From: Chiloscyllium plagiosum
Lineage: Eukaryota
Assembly (NCBI RefSeq): GCF_004010195.1
Contig: NC_057720.1
Location: 28,664,982-28,728,981 of the forward strand
Length of the DNA stretch: 64,000 nucleotides
Direction: 5' to 3'
Part shown: piece by piece, positions 1 through 12,379 of the stretch
How positions within the stretch are numbered: position 1 is the stretch's first letter
How the letters are laid out: every line of letters begins with the position of its first letter
Translations under genes and position numbers: made by a program
Notes under the pieces: model-generated
Told to the model about the DNA's origin: nothing
The model's input: the letters and a program-made list of their open reading frames with translations, nothing else
Database searches by the model: none

Positions 1-470
1 GGGGCGGCAGATAGGGGGGGGGGGGGGTTGGGGAGTGAAGGAGGGTTTTGAATGTGGGAGGGAGAGCGGGGTGGTAAGGTAGGCATAGGTGAACACTGGT
101 AAATGGTATGACCTGGTTGGTCAATGGGAGGAAGGAATCCGGTTGGTAACTGGAAGGGTCAATCAGAAGAATGGAAGGCAGGGGGAGGTAGCTGGGAAGG
201 GAGTTGGGGGATGGGAAGGGAGGTTATTTAAAATTGGAGAACTCAATGTTGAGTCCTCCAGACTGTAGGCTGCCCAGGCAGAAGATGAGGCTTTGTTCCT
301 CCAATTTGCAGTCTGATTCACTATGGCAATGGAGGAGGTCAAGGATGGTCAGGTCGGAAAGGGAGTGAGAAGGGGAATTAAAATGGGCGGTGACTGGGAG
401 ATCAGGTGGGCCCTGTGGGCCCGGCTGAAATGCTTAGCGAAACATGCCCTGAGTTTACGTTTGGTCTCCC
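1..470 (-). mobile_element. Penelope-like element 3' segment in inverted orientation (possible inverted pseudo-LTR), cut by the window edge
   Basis: The reverse complement aligns with about 2775-3256 (e.g. attggagaactcaatgttgagtcctccag vs ctggaggactcaacattgagttctccaat), with clear divergence. Confidence 0.8.
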
Positions 471-3365
471 ACTGATCTCAACTTTCCTCCAGCCTCTGCC
501 TCCACTTCAGGCTCCACTCACTCTGCAATCAAGAATCGGACTCCATTTTCCAGAGTCTATTTTCTACCTGCAGCAAGCCAACACACCAGCTGTTCCCCCT
601 CATCTGTCCACCCCCACAACACACGCTACCCTCCACCTCTCCCCCTTCCTCTCCACCTCATCCTCCGCATCCCTTCCCACACCCCCACCCCGACCCCCAG
701 CCTACTCCCTCCTAATCTCCTTTCTCTCCCACTCCCACTCCCACTCCCACCACCACATCACATCCAACCCTCACCCATGACATATCATCACCCTTCCCAT
801 CTTCCCTTCTTTAGCCTCCTCATTAACTGCCCCCCTCAAAAACCCCACCCCTGAGCCTTGCCTCATATTCAGTATTCCCACCGTCCTCAATCGCTCTGAG
901 ACTGAACAGTCCGTCCTCAGTAAAGGGCTAAAGTTTGATCCCGTCTGCCCCCACCTCACCTCAATGTATTCTGTACCTGCCACGGCGTGGAGCTCTTCTT
1001 CTGCTGCCTCTGCCTCCGTGCCTTCTTCTTCGACAAAAACTTCTAACCTCCCTCTGAGGACCCTTTCTCCTGCCTCCAACCTTCCTCATCCACCAGGTCA
1101 CCCCCACCCCCGGCAGGCTTGGATGTGACATCGGCTGCCTCAATTTCTCCAGCCCCCTTACCCACTGCAACCGCACTCTCTCCAAACATGCAGCACTCCA
1201 CTTTCTCTGCACCAATCCCTGGTTCACCATCAAACCTGCTGACAAAGGCGGGGTGGGTAGTCTGGAGAATGGATGTCTATATCGCAGAGGCCAAATACCA
1301 ACTATCTGACACTACGCCCTATCTCCCCTTTGACCGTGACCCCACAGTGACCCATCAGGCCGAAATCACTTGCACTGTCCGTGACCTTATTGCCTCTGGT
1401 GATCTCTCCTCCACATCTTCTAACCTTATAGTCCCCAAGCCCTGCACTGCCCGGTTCTACCTGCTTCCCAAGATCCACAAGCCCAACTACCCTGGCCAAC
1501 CCATCATTGCCGTATGCTTCTGCCCCACTGAACCCATCTCATCCTATCTCAACTACATCCTCTCCCCCTTCGTTCATTCACTTCCCACCTACATCCGTGA
1601 CACTAATCACGCCCACCACTTCTTCAGTAACTTCCGGTTCTCCGGCCCCCAGTGCTTTATCTTCTCTATGGATGTGCAGTCCTTATGGATGTGCAGTCCT
1701 TATTCATATCCATACCCGACAATGATGTCTTTCAGGCCTTCAGCTTCTTCCTCTCCAACAGACCCATCCAGTCCCTCTCCACCAACATCTTCCTCCACCT
1801 CGCCAAACTATTCCTCACCCTTAATAACTTTTCTTTTAACTTTTCCCATTTCCGCTAAATCCAGGAGGTGGTCCCGGGCACTCGGATGGGCCCCAGCTAC
1901 TCCTGCTACATCCCTCTTCAGTCCTTACACATGCACTGTCCCCCAACTCTTCTGCTGTTACATCGAAGACTGCATCGGCACAGCGTCCTGCTCCCAGGCT
2001 GAACTGGAACAGTTCATCGACTTTGCCCACAACTTCCACTCCACCATCAAATTCACTTCGTCCATCTCAGACACCTCCATTTCCTTTCTCGACCTCACCA
2101 TTTCCATCTCCAGCAACAGTCTCCAGATGGCTGTTTACTATCAACCCATAGAGTCGTATAACTACCCGACTACACCTCCTCCCACCCAGTATCCTACAAG
2201 AATACCGTCCTATTTTCCCAATTCCTCCATCTCTGCCACATCTGCTCAAACGAGGAAACATTCCACTCCCAAGCATCCCAGATGTCCAACTACTTTGAAC
2301 AAAGTGCTTTTCCTCCATCTGTCATCCAGACAGCTATCCACTGCACCTCCTCCATTCCCCACAGCACTGCTCCAAACACCACCCATCCTAAATGCAATAA
2401 AGACAGGGTACCCCCTTCCTCACCTACCACCCCACCAGTCTCTGCATCCATCCTATCATCCTTAAAAACTTCCACCAACTCCAATTAGACCCCACCATCA
2501 AAGCCATCTTCCCTTCTCCACCACTCTCTGTCTTCCACAAAGACCGTTCCCTTCACCAATCCTTGGATTGCAATACACTGCCCACCAACCCCCCCTGAAC
2601 CTTTGGTACCTTCACCTGCAATCGTAAAAGATGCAAAACCTGCTGGCTCACCACCCGCCTCACCTCCACCCAGGGCCCCAAACAGTCCTTCCAGGTGAGA
2701 CAGAAGTTCACCTGCCTCTCCTCAAATCTAGTTTACTGCATCAGGTGTTTCTGATGTGGTCTTCTCTACATCCAGGAGACCAAACGTAAATTCAGGGCAC
2801 ATTCCGCCAACCATCTCAGCCAGGCCCACAGGGGCCGACCAGGCCTCCCAGTCACTTCCCATTTTAAGTTCCCTTCCCACTCCTTTCTGACATGACTATC
2901 CTTGGCTTCCTCCAATGCCACAGCAAATCAGACCGCAAATTGGAGGAACAACACCTCATCTTCAACCTGGGCAGCCTACAGACTGGAGGACTCAACATTG
3001 AGTTCTCCAATTTCAAATAACCCCCTTTCCCATTCCCTGACTCCTTTCCCAGCCTATCCTCCTCCTTTCCATTCCTCTGATCAATCCTTCCTTCCAGCTA
3101 CTAACCTGATTCATTCCTCCCATCAACTAAACAGTTCGTAACCTTGGCTAGGGTTCACCTATCCCTACCTCACCACCCCATTCCCCCCTCCCCATCCAAA
3201 ATCCACATCCTCCTCCCAATCCTCCTCCCACCAGCACCTCCCCCCTTATCTGCAGCTTCCCTTACCCCCACTCACAGTCCTGAAGAAGGGCTATACCCAA
3301 AATACTGACATCTCCTGATGTTGTCTGGCTTGCTGTTTTCTTCTAGGCTCCTGCTTGTCTACCTT
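471..3365 (+). mobile_element. Degenerate Penelope-like retroelement (RT + GIY-YIG endonuclease), frameshifted
   Basis: RT motifs ARFYLLPKIHKP, FSMDVQSL, YIEDC (YIDD-like) and ISFLDLTI. Endonuclease motifs CNRKRCKTC and FTCLSSNLVYCIRCF*CGLLYIQETKR at about 2617-2790. A degenerate hammerhead motif lies at 3280-3310. Confidence 0.9.
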
Positions 3366-4143
3366 AAGCTTGCACTAGCTCTTTAGAGATTGTTCCGGTT
3401 TGGTCCAATCTCCTGATACTTCCCTCCATCTCTGCATTATAAACTGCTTGCTGCATAAAGAAGTTTCCCCTCATGTTGCATCTCGTTCCTTTTCCCAACA
3501 AAATGCCTGTCCATTGCTGTGGAATTTATATTTGTCTGCAGCTGAGTGACCACAGAGGGGGGCATTGTCAATTAAACCGCTTGTAATATGCCAACAATTA
3601 CCAGCGTCAGACTTTGAGAGTGTTTTTCTGTTGTGAACTTGATTTAAAGCCATCCAATTTAATTTTGCATAGGTTGGTTACAGTGAGAATGAGAGTGGCA
3701 ACTTCCATTTCACCATTTCATGTGAAATTGATGCGATTGGAACTCATGGGTACATGTTATATCTTACTTCTCAACTGAATTGACAATAATTTCCTGCAAT
3801 AAATTCCATCCTGTAGCTGACGACAATTCAAGATAAGGTCAACTGTGGCTAAGAGCCTCTCTTTGATATGTTTCCTTATTAATATGTTTCCTTGTTGTTA
3901 ATGATCTTTATCCAAGTGGTTGTGACAGTCTGCTTTTGAGGAACATTTTACATTTTGATGACTGGCTTATTTTGTTATTCCACTGTCAATTCCCATTAAT
4001 AGGGACTGCTCCTTTTGATTTGTTGCTATGTATTTTGCTTATTCTATCTTAGAGACAATTGGGATAGATCATTGCTGCCTGGAATGTAACTAAGTGAAGT
4101 GATTGGTCCTACCTCCTGTAGAATTAACCAGATTGATTAATGT

Positions 4144-4246
4144 TAAACCAAAAGAGAAAATACTGGAAAATCTCAGCAGGTCTGGCAGCATCTGTAAGGA
4201 GAGAAAAGAGCTGACGTTTCGAGTCTAACTGACCCTTTGTCAAAGC
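4144..4246 (-). mobile_element. Short Penelope-derived 3'-end insertion with degenerate hammerhead motif
   Basis: The minus strand reads tttgacaaagggtcagttagactcgaaacgtcag...gatgctgccagacctgctgag. Flanked by the direct repeat tgattaatgt (4134-4143 / 4247-4256). Confidence 0.65.
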
Positions 4247-4759
4247 TGATTAATGTAAATGCTAAGAAACATTTTTGGTTCTCCGACTGGATGATATTCC
4301 ACTCCAGTTGAAAATTGCCCTGCAATATCTATCTCCTGACCCTTATCACCTTCTGTGTCTCTCTGTTTGCTTTTAGCTTGTATTGTCTACTTCAGTTTTA
4401 ATAGCACCATTGTCTATAAAGTATAGGGAAGATCACTGTTAGCTCAAAGTCACAAAAGTACATTTCAGCTTTGACACCTCATTGGTAAACTGCCAGAATT
4501 AATCACTGACCAATACAGGATCAGCCCAAAATAGTACTTACCCACAACATGGTACCAGATGCAGTGTCGAACATACCCCATTAGGTTGCAGACAATACAG
4601 AATCATCCTCATAAAACAACAAAACTACCCAATACAGAACTACCCAGTATTTAATCAACCTGGTATTGTCTCCACCCAATATCGAACTGATCAACATAAA
4701 ATACTTCACATTTGTGACTAAACCAGTAATGTAGAAGGCAAGGCTTGTGCAATGAGTGA

Positions 4760-5060
4760 CATGGTTTCAATTCCATCCTGTAGCTGATGGAATTTAAATT
4801 CAATTAATAAATCTGAAATTAAAAGCTAGTCTGAGAAATGGTGACCATGAAATCATTGCTGGTTTTTATTTTAAAATATCTGGTACATAAATGGTCTTTA
4901 GAGAAGGTAAGTTGTCATCTGTTGATCTGGCTTAGCCCACAGGTGACTCCAAACCCACAGCAACATGATTGACTCTGAATCATCCTTGGAAATAACCAAG
5001 TAAGTCACACAGTTGAAGGGAAATTAGAGATGTTGATCGTTCTGCATCACTCACACGGAA
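4760..5060 (+). mobile_element. Old SINE, DeuSINE/SacSINE1-like; related copies at ~36915-37220 (-), ~39615-39960 (-), ~41190-41535 (+)
   Basis: The shared core ggtgaccatgaaa...ctttagggaaggaaatctg...gtgactccagacccacagcaatgtggttgactct recurs in several diverged copies. The family name is from recall. Confidence 0.55.
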
Positions 5061-5389
5061 ATATGGAAACAAAGAAAGTGGGAGCATGCGAAGGCCATTT
5101 GACTCCTCGAGTCTATTCTGTCATTCAATATGATCATTGAGCTTAATACCCCAATGCCACCCTGCAGCCCATATCCCTTGAGCGATAAAAGCTAAATCTA
5201 CTTCCTTTTGAAAACACAGAACATTTTGGCGTCAAACACTTTCTGTTGTAGTGAAAGGTTCACCACTCTAGGGTGAAGATATTTCTCCTCATCTCAGTTC
5301 TAAAAGATTTATCCTTTATCTTTAAACTATGATCCCTGATGCAGGATTTCCAACCATTGTGATCATTCTTCCTGCATCTAACCTGTCTA

Positions 5390-6910
5390 GTCATAGAGCC
5401 ATTGAGTCATAAAAACGTACACCATAGAAACCAACCCTTTGATGCAAATCATTCATGCCGACCAGATATCCCAACCTAATATAGTCCCACCTGCCAGCAC
5501 CTGCCCCATATCCCTCCAAACCCTTCTAATTCATGTACCCATCCAGATGTCTTTTGAATGTTGCAATTGTACTAGCCTCCACTACTTCCTCTGGCAGCCA
5601 ATTCTACACATCCACCACCCTCTGTGTGAAAAAGTTGCCTCTTAGGTCTCTTTTATATCTTTCCCCGCTCACCCTAAACCTATGCCCTCTCGTTCTGGAC
5701 TCCCACACCCCAGGGAAAAGACTTTGTCTATTTACCCTATCCATGCCCCTCATAATTTTATAAATCTCTATAAAATCACCCCTCAGCCTCTGACACTCCA
5801 AGGAAAACAGCCCCAGCCTATTCAACCTCTCCCAGTAGCTCAAATCCTCCAAACCTGGCATTATTCTTGTAAATCTTTTCTGAACCCTTTCAAGTTTCAC
5901 AATTGCACATCATACACCAACATGGCCTAACCAATGTCCTGTACAGCTGCAACATGACCTCCCAACTCCTATACTCAATACTCTGACCAATAAAGGAAAG
6001 CATACCAAAGGCCTTCTTCACTATCCTACTTACCTGCGATTTTATTTTCAAGGAGTTATGAAACTGCACTCCAAGGTGTCTGTTCAGCAACACACCCTAT
6101 GACTTTACCATTAAATGTATAAGTCCTGCTAAGACTTGCTTTCCCAAAATGCAACACCTCACATTTATCTGAAGTAACCTCCATCGGCCACTTCTCAGCC
6201 CATTGGCCCATCTGATCAAGATCCCTTTGTAATCTGAGGTAACCTTCTTTGCTGTTCACTACACCTCCAAATTTGGCATCATCTGCAAACTTACTAACCA
6301 TACCTCTTATGCTCCTCCACTGACACCTCAGTCACCTGCCCTGCCTTATTTCCTAAGAGTAGGTCAAGTTTTGCACCTTCTCTAGTAGGTACATCCACAT
6401 ACTGAATCAGAAAATTTTCTTGTACACACTTAACAAATTCCTCTCCATCTAAACCCTTAACACTATAGCAGTCCCAGTCTATGTTCGGAAAGTTAATATT
6501 TGTATCCTGGAACATTAAGTTGCCAGTCCTGTACATCCCTGTGCCATATTTCTGTAATTGCTATGATATCCCAGTCCCATGTTCCTAACCATGCCCTGAG
6601 TTCATCTGCCTTCCCTGTTAGGCCCCTTGCATTGATATAAATGCAGTTTAATTTATTAGTCCTACCTTGTCCCTGCCTGCCCTGACTGTTTGACTCGTTT
6701 CTGTTCTCAACTGTACCAGTCTCAGGTTGACCTCTTTCCTCACTATCTCCCTGGGTCCCACCCCCCCCACCTTACTTAAATCCTCCTGAGCAGGTCTAGC
6801 AAATGCCCCTACCAGTATATTCGTCCCCTTTCAATTTAGGCGCAAACCGTCCTTCTTGTGCAGGTCACTTCTACCCCAAAAGAGATTCCATTGGTCCAAA
6901 AATGTGAATC
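5390..6910 (-). mobile_element. CR1-clade LINE, internally deleted
   Basis: Minus-strand peptides VSKFADDAKFGG, KLERVQKRFTRIMPGL...RLRGDFIEIYKIMRG and the APE fragment PTREGAKLDLLLGN. It has a (tctatgac)-type 3' tail. Confidence 0.9.
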
Positions 6911-7958
6911 CAGAAATGAAATATGAATTTAGTTTGATTTGAATTGAATTAAATTTGAATTTTTATTGTCAGTTTTATTGAACAAATTAATATGGTAAAA
7001 AGCATAATGAATCCCTTGGTCCTCTTCTGCTGACTTCTCAACTATCCTTCAGAAGGTATTAAGATATAACTAAAATGTAACTAAACACAGAGATTTCCTC
7101 CTTTCTTGTGCTCAGCTCAACATGAGGCGGGGTGGGGGGGGAGGTGTTTGGGGGCTACGGGATGTGGGGCTTCTCCACAATAGACTCTGTGCCTACCAAC
7201 ACTCCCTCATCACAGTCCATTCCATGGCCATGTCTGCTGTCACTACTTCACTGGCAGGAGCAGCACACCAGGCCAACCACCTTGCCGCTGATGCAGCCGC
7301 CACTCCCATTGATCCGCCAGGAGAACTGATTTGGGTTTACCGCATTGCCGCAGCTGACCGACAGCAATCACAGAGGCTGCCCTGCCCTCGCCGCCATGTT
7401 GAAAACCGGTGCTGCCGCCGCCACCAAGAATCTTGCACTGGGCCCACCAACGTCAAAGTCTCCATGCTTTGACACCATCTCGGGCCTCTGGGCCCACACT
7501 TGCTGCTATCACGAGCTCTCCAAGGACTCACCCTCCCCACACTGGGCTTGCTCTTCCCAAGGAGCCAACTCTTGCTGCCACTGCTGCATATACCCATAAG
7601 GCAGGGCCTGCTCTCACCCTGTTGAAAGTGCCAAAAAGATTACCAAAGGGAAAAATAAATAAAGAGAGCAAAAGAAAGGAGCAAAATCAAAAAGAAGGAA
7701 AAAACAGAAACAAAGAAAGCAAATAGAAGCAGGTAAACCCCAGGCCAGAACCTCAGACATGGCACTGCTGCTCTACTTCCATCTTTACATAACAGAGAGC
7801 TATTCCTTTGTGCCCCATTACATATTACCCCATTTCTGACCGTACGGGACCTACATTAGTTTTGCTATTCTCTTCACATGCCTATAGAAACCTTTCCAGT
7901 CAGTTCTTATGTTCTGCACAAAATTACCCTCGTACTCTATGTTTCCTTCCTTTTTTTT

Positions 7959-8294
7959 AGAATCCCTACAGTGTGGAAACTGGCCATTTGGCTCAACAAG
8001 TTCACACCAACCCTCTGAAGAGTAACCCACCCAAACCCATTCCCCTACTACTCTGCATTTATCCCTGAGAAATGCACCTAACCCACACATCCCTGAACAC
8101 TATGGGCAATTTTTTAAGCATAGCCAATTCACCTAAGCTGCATATCTTTGGACTGTGGGAGGAAACCTGAGCACCCAGAGGAAGCCCATGCAGACACGCG
8201 GAGAATGTGCAAACTCCACACAGATAGTTGCTGGAATCGAACCCAGGTCCCTGACACTGTGAGGCAGCAATGCTAACCACTGAGCCACCGTGTC
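7959..8294 (-). mobile_element. HE1/V-SINE-type tRNA-derived SINE
   Basis: tRNA-like head (cacggtggctcagtggttagc...ggttcgattcc), V-domain core tgtgtggagtttgcacattctcc, and CR1-like tail. Confidence 0.85.
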
Positions 8295-9829
8295 ACTTCA
8301 TGAATCGCTTGGTCCTCCTCTGCTGACTTCTAAATGTTCCCAGTCCTTGGGTCTGTTCTCTTTTTTGCCAATTTATTCGCCTCTTGTTTGCATCTGAAAC
8401 TATCTCTAACTTCATTGTATACCATGTTTTAGCCACTGTTGTCTTTGCACTCGTGTGCCAGACAGAAAGCAACAATTTTTGTGGCTCATCCATGAAAGAA
8501 TAGAAAAGAACCAGCTCAGAAAAAAAAACTTACCAAAACAGAATCCACCGAGGATAGAACCAACACTACATTGACACTACCCATTATAGAACAACCCAGA
8601 TTTAGATATACTCAACATAGAATCCATTGAGTACAGAACCTGCCCAATATAGGAAACACCTGTATATAAATCACATAGATTCCACCCAGTATAGACCCTG
8701 GCCATTATATATTCTGCCTAATTTTCCTCTCGTTGAAAGTGGTTCTTATTCTACTCAAAGAAGTTAAACATTTCAGTGAGTCAAGGAGTAGATCACCCTA
8801 ATTACCCATATAGAGGGGTTATGATACCTCTGGAACAGGTGTGATTTAAACACAGGCCTTCTGGTTCAGGGTGGACTCATTCCATTTTCTTCATTCACTG
8901 GTTCAAAGATGTTATTACACACCTTGACAGCTGATGGAACCTGAACCTGGCCCTCTTGGTTCAAGAGACAGGAACACGACCACTGTGTCAGAAGAGATCC
9001 TCCAAGCCTCCTGCCTCATTTGTTTATAGTCAGAAGTTATTTCATGCGCAACGGAGCAGTTGTAGTCAACTGCCAACTGACCCATTTTACTCTGCAGTTT
9101 CATCCACCGCCACAACATGGCCCATGTTTCCAATTAATTATGAATTTACCTGCAAAGCCCATCAAGGGCAGTGGACGCTCCCTTTTTATTAACCTATTTT
9201 TCTAAAAACCTGTTCAGAGATGTTATCACGCACTCCTGGAGCAGGTGGGATTTGAACCCAGGTCTCTTATTCTAGGGGTCGGGATGCTGCCACTGTAGCG
9301 CTGTAGCGGAAGGGAGCCTCTGATCTTGCCCACAAAGTTTCGCTGTGTCCAGCTAGCAGTACTTGTGGCAATACCTATTCACAATTGAGTAAATAATTGA
9401 CAGCTGCAGTTGAGAAGAGACAATTGAAACCTACTTGTTTTTCCATGCCCTGTGGTAATAATAGTTGTCATAAAGGAACTCATATCATCAAAGATAAAGG
9501 GTGCAGTTGCCAGGAATCATTCATATTTGAGGAGATATGACAAATAGAAGGCAACTATAATACAATAGCAAAAGCAGACTGTTCTTTCTGAAAGCCTCAT
9601 AATAAATGTATCAATCTTTCTGCCCACTTTTCATATAGTTTTTCTTGGAGCACTTGTCATTTCTTATGAAATACATTTTGCAATGATATTTCACATGCAC
9701 CAAACAGTTAGCAATGGGCAACATGTACTGGTCTTGCCAGCATCACCCATTTCCCATGAAAGTATTTTAAAATACAAACATTTGTTGTGAGATCTTTAAA
9801 ATGTATCATGTTATCAAGTTTGTGAAAAC

Positions 9830-10375
9830 AGTCATAGAGTCATAGAGATGTACAGCATGGAAACAGACCCTTCGGTCCACTCGTCCATGCTCACCAGATA
9901 TCCCAACCCAATCTAGTCCCACCTGCCAGCACTGAGCCCATATTCCTCCAAACCTTTCCTATTCATATATCCATCCAAATGCCTCTTAAATGTTGCAATT
10001 GTACCAGCCTCCACAACTTCCTCTGGCAGCTGAACCCTTTCAAGTTTCACAACATCTTTCCGAAAGGAAGGAGACCAGAATTGCATGCAATATTCCAACA
10101 GTGGCCTAACCAATGTCCTGTACAGCCGCAACATCACCTCCCAACTCCTGTACTCAATAGTCTGATCAATAAAAGAAAGCATACCAAACTTCTTCTACAC
10201 TATCCTACTTACCTGCGACTTCACTTTCAAGGAGCTATGAACCTGCACTCTAAGGTCTCTTTGTTCAGCAACACTCCCTAGGACCTTACCATTAAGTGTA
10301 TAACTCCTGCTAAGATTTGCTTTCCCAAAATGCAGCACCTCGCATTTATTTGAATTAAACTCCATCTGCCACTTG
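9830..10375 (-). mobile_element. CR1-clade LINE 3' fragment
   Basis: Peptide YRTLVRPLLEYCMQFWSP...KDVVKLERVQ, an internal deletion and a tctatgac tail. Confidence 0.9.
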
Positions 10376-12379
10376 AGCTTTATACAGAATTCATACTAAG
10401 TGTGTATTATCTCCTAAACAGGCAGTTGCCACAAGTTCATAGATTCATTGAACCAAACAGCCTTTGAGTTAGAGTCAGAAACTTTGAACAGTTCAAACAT
10501 GCTTGCCTGCGTGGTTACCCCGGAGACATTAGAAGAAAAAAGATGTAACTTTCTATATCTGAGTAACTGCAGAACTGATGCTCCCAATTCCTGACTTTGA
10601 GAGCTCTCAACTTCTCCCTCAACCTCCTGACTGTCCTCCCTAAGGAATTGATTCCCCTCTTGACCATCCTTCTGATCTTTTAATTAGCCCCTGACCCCCT
10701 GACTTACCCTCTTGACTTGACCTGTCATCCTTGTTCATCATCTGTATCTCCTGACAACTACCTATCACACCCCCAACTACCCGTTTGACCCAATCTGATT
10801 ACTCCTTCTGACCATCTGATGACTACTTCACCAGAGCTGACCCACTTATCACCTCATCCACTTTCCACTTTATCTATCTGTCATTCTAGTTATCTACTAC
10901 CTTGCGACCCTATCCACCTCCACCTATCACCTTTACCACCTGCCACCTCACATACTCGCCGATTGATTCACCAACATCACCCATTTCATACACTTACCCA
11001 CTAACCTCAGCCATCTACATAGCCTAATGCCCTACTCATTGATCCTCATCCATTCACCTTCTCATTGACATTAATACTGAACTTTTAAACCTACTATGCA
11101 GGAACTAGTGCTACCAAATGGGCACAGGTCCTGTCCTACCCCCGACTTCACGGTACCATGAAGGAGCTCTCTGAGGGACTCTGCACTCTGAATTTCTGTA
11201 AAGACTATGTTCTAAAACCCCAGGATACAATGCGGAGCAGGTTTGGGAACATTATAACGGAGCAGCAGTCTGATGATGATTTCCCCTTCTGAGGAGAGCC
11301 GAAAGAACTCTCCTATAGTATAATATTTACATTGGCTATAGTATTTACATTGGCGATAATAGGTAGATTCATTTCGCTTAATATTGTATTTAAAATTTCA
11401 CTTATCAGAAAAGCAACTTACAACATTATGATAAGCAACTTAAATCATGATGGTAATACCGTTGAATGTCAAGGGGTGGTGGTTATAGTGTCTTTTATTG
11501 GTGATGGTCATTGTTTGGCATTTGTGTGGAGTGAATGTTACTTGCCATGTGTCGACCCAAGCCTGGATATTGTCCAGATCTATTATACACTTATGACGTG
11601 ATGCTTCAACAAATGCCTTGGAAGTCCATACAAAATCAACAGTACAACCCTAATCAATGCTGTATTACTTCATCAAAGCATTCAATCAAGTTAGTCAAAC
11701 ATGATTTTCCTTTAATAATCCGTACTGGCTATCATTTATTTTCTGATATTTTTCTGTGTACCACTTAATTTTGTCATATCATTGTCATGAAGTGCAGTGA
11801 CCCTAGCACCTATCAAAGTTAAGCTGACTAGCCTGTGGGTATTGACTATTTACTGATCAGTTGAAATTCAAGCTTGATGTTGACATATTTAAAGAGGTAA
11901 GTACAACAAGGGATGTGAAAAAAAAATTGCTGGTGAATTGTGTTTGATTAACTATGATCAAACTGAACAGCAAGGCAAGTTTGAGGGATTGAATGACTTC
12001 CTCATGTTTGTATATTCCTAAGGGCAGAATTTTGAGGTCTCTCATTGATGGATTTGATAGTAAGGGAATCCATCAAATTCAATGGATAGTCTTCCCAAAA
12101 CTATGCCATACATCTCCAATCTCTGAGAATGCACTTTCTACCAACCCTAAGCCTGTTCTTCAAGATCCCCAACAGCCTTTTCCCATGCCTCATTTTTGCT
12201 CCTCATATGAGACCCTCTGCACTTACCTGGCTTGGCAGAGACTGACTGCATTCAAAATGGAGGAAAAGCCAGGAGCTTGCGCACTTAAACTAAGAGGTGA
12301 CTTTAAACTTTACTGTGTTTTTACTCCTGTCTATCTTTTTATCAGATCCCTTACACCCAGCATAGCAACTCTGCATCAC

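Noticed and set aside
1119..2465. 448-aa ORF as a functional gene
   Set aside because: It drifts in and out of the Penelope RT frame through frameshifts; this is a decayed element.
4490..4700. CRISPR-like or other repeat-spacer array
   Set aside because: The units are degenerate with no constant repeat and unique spacer structure, there are no cas genes, and the context is vertebrate.
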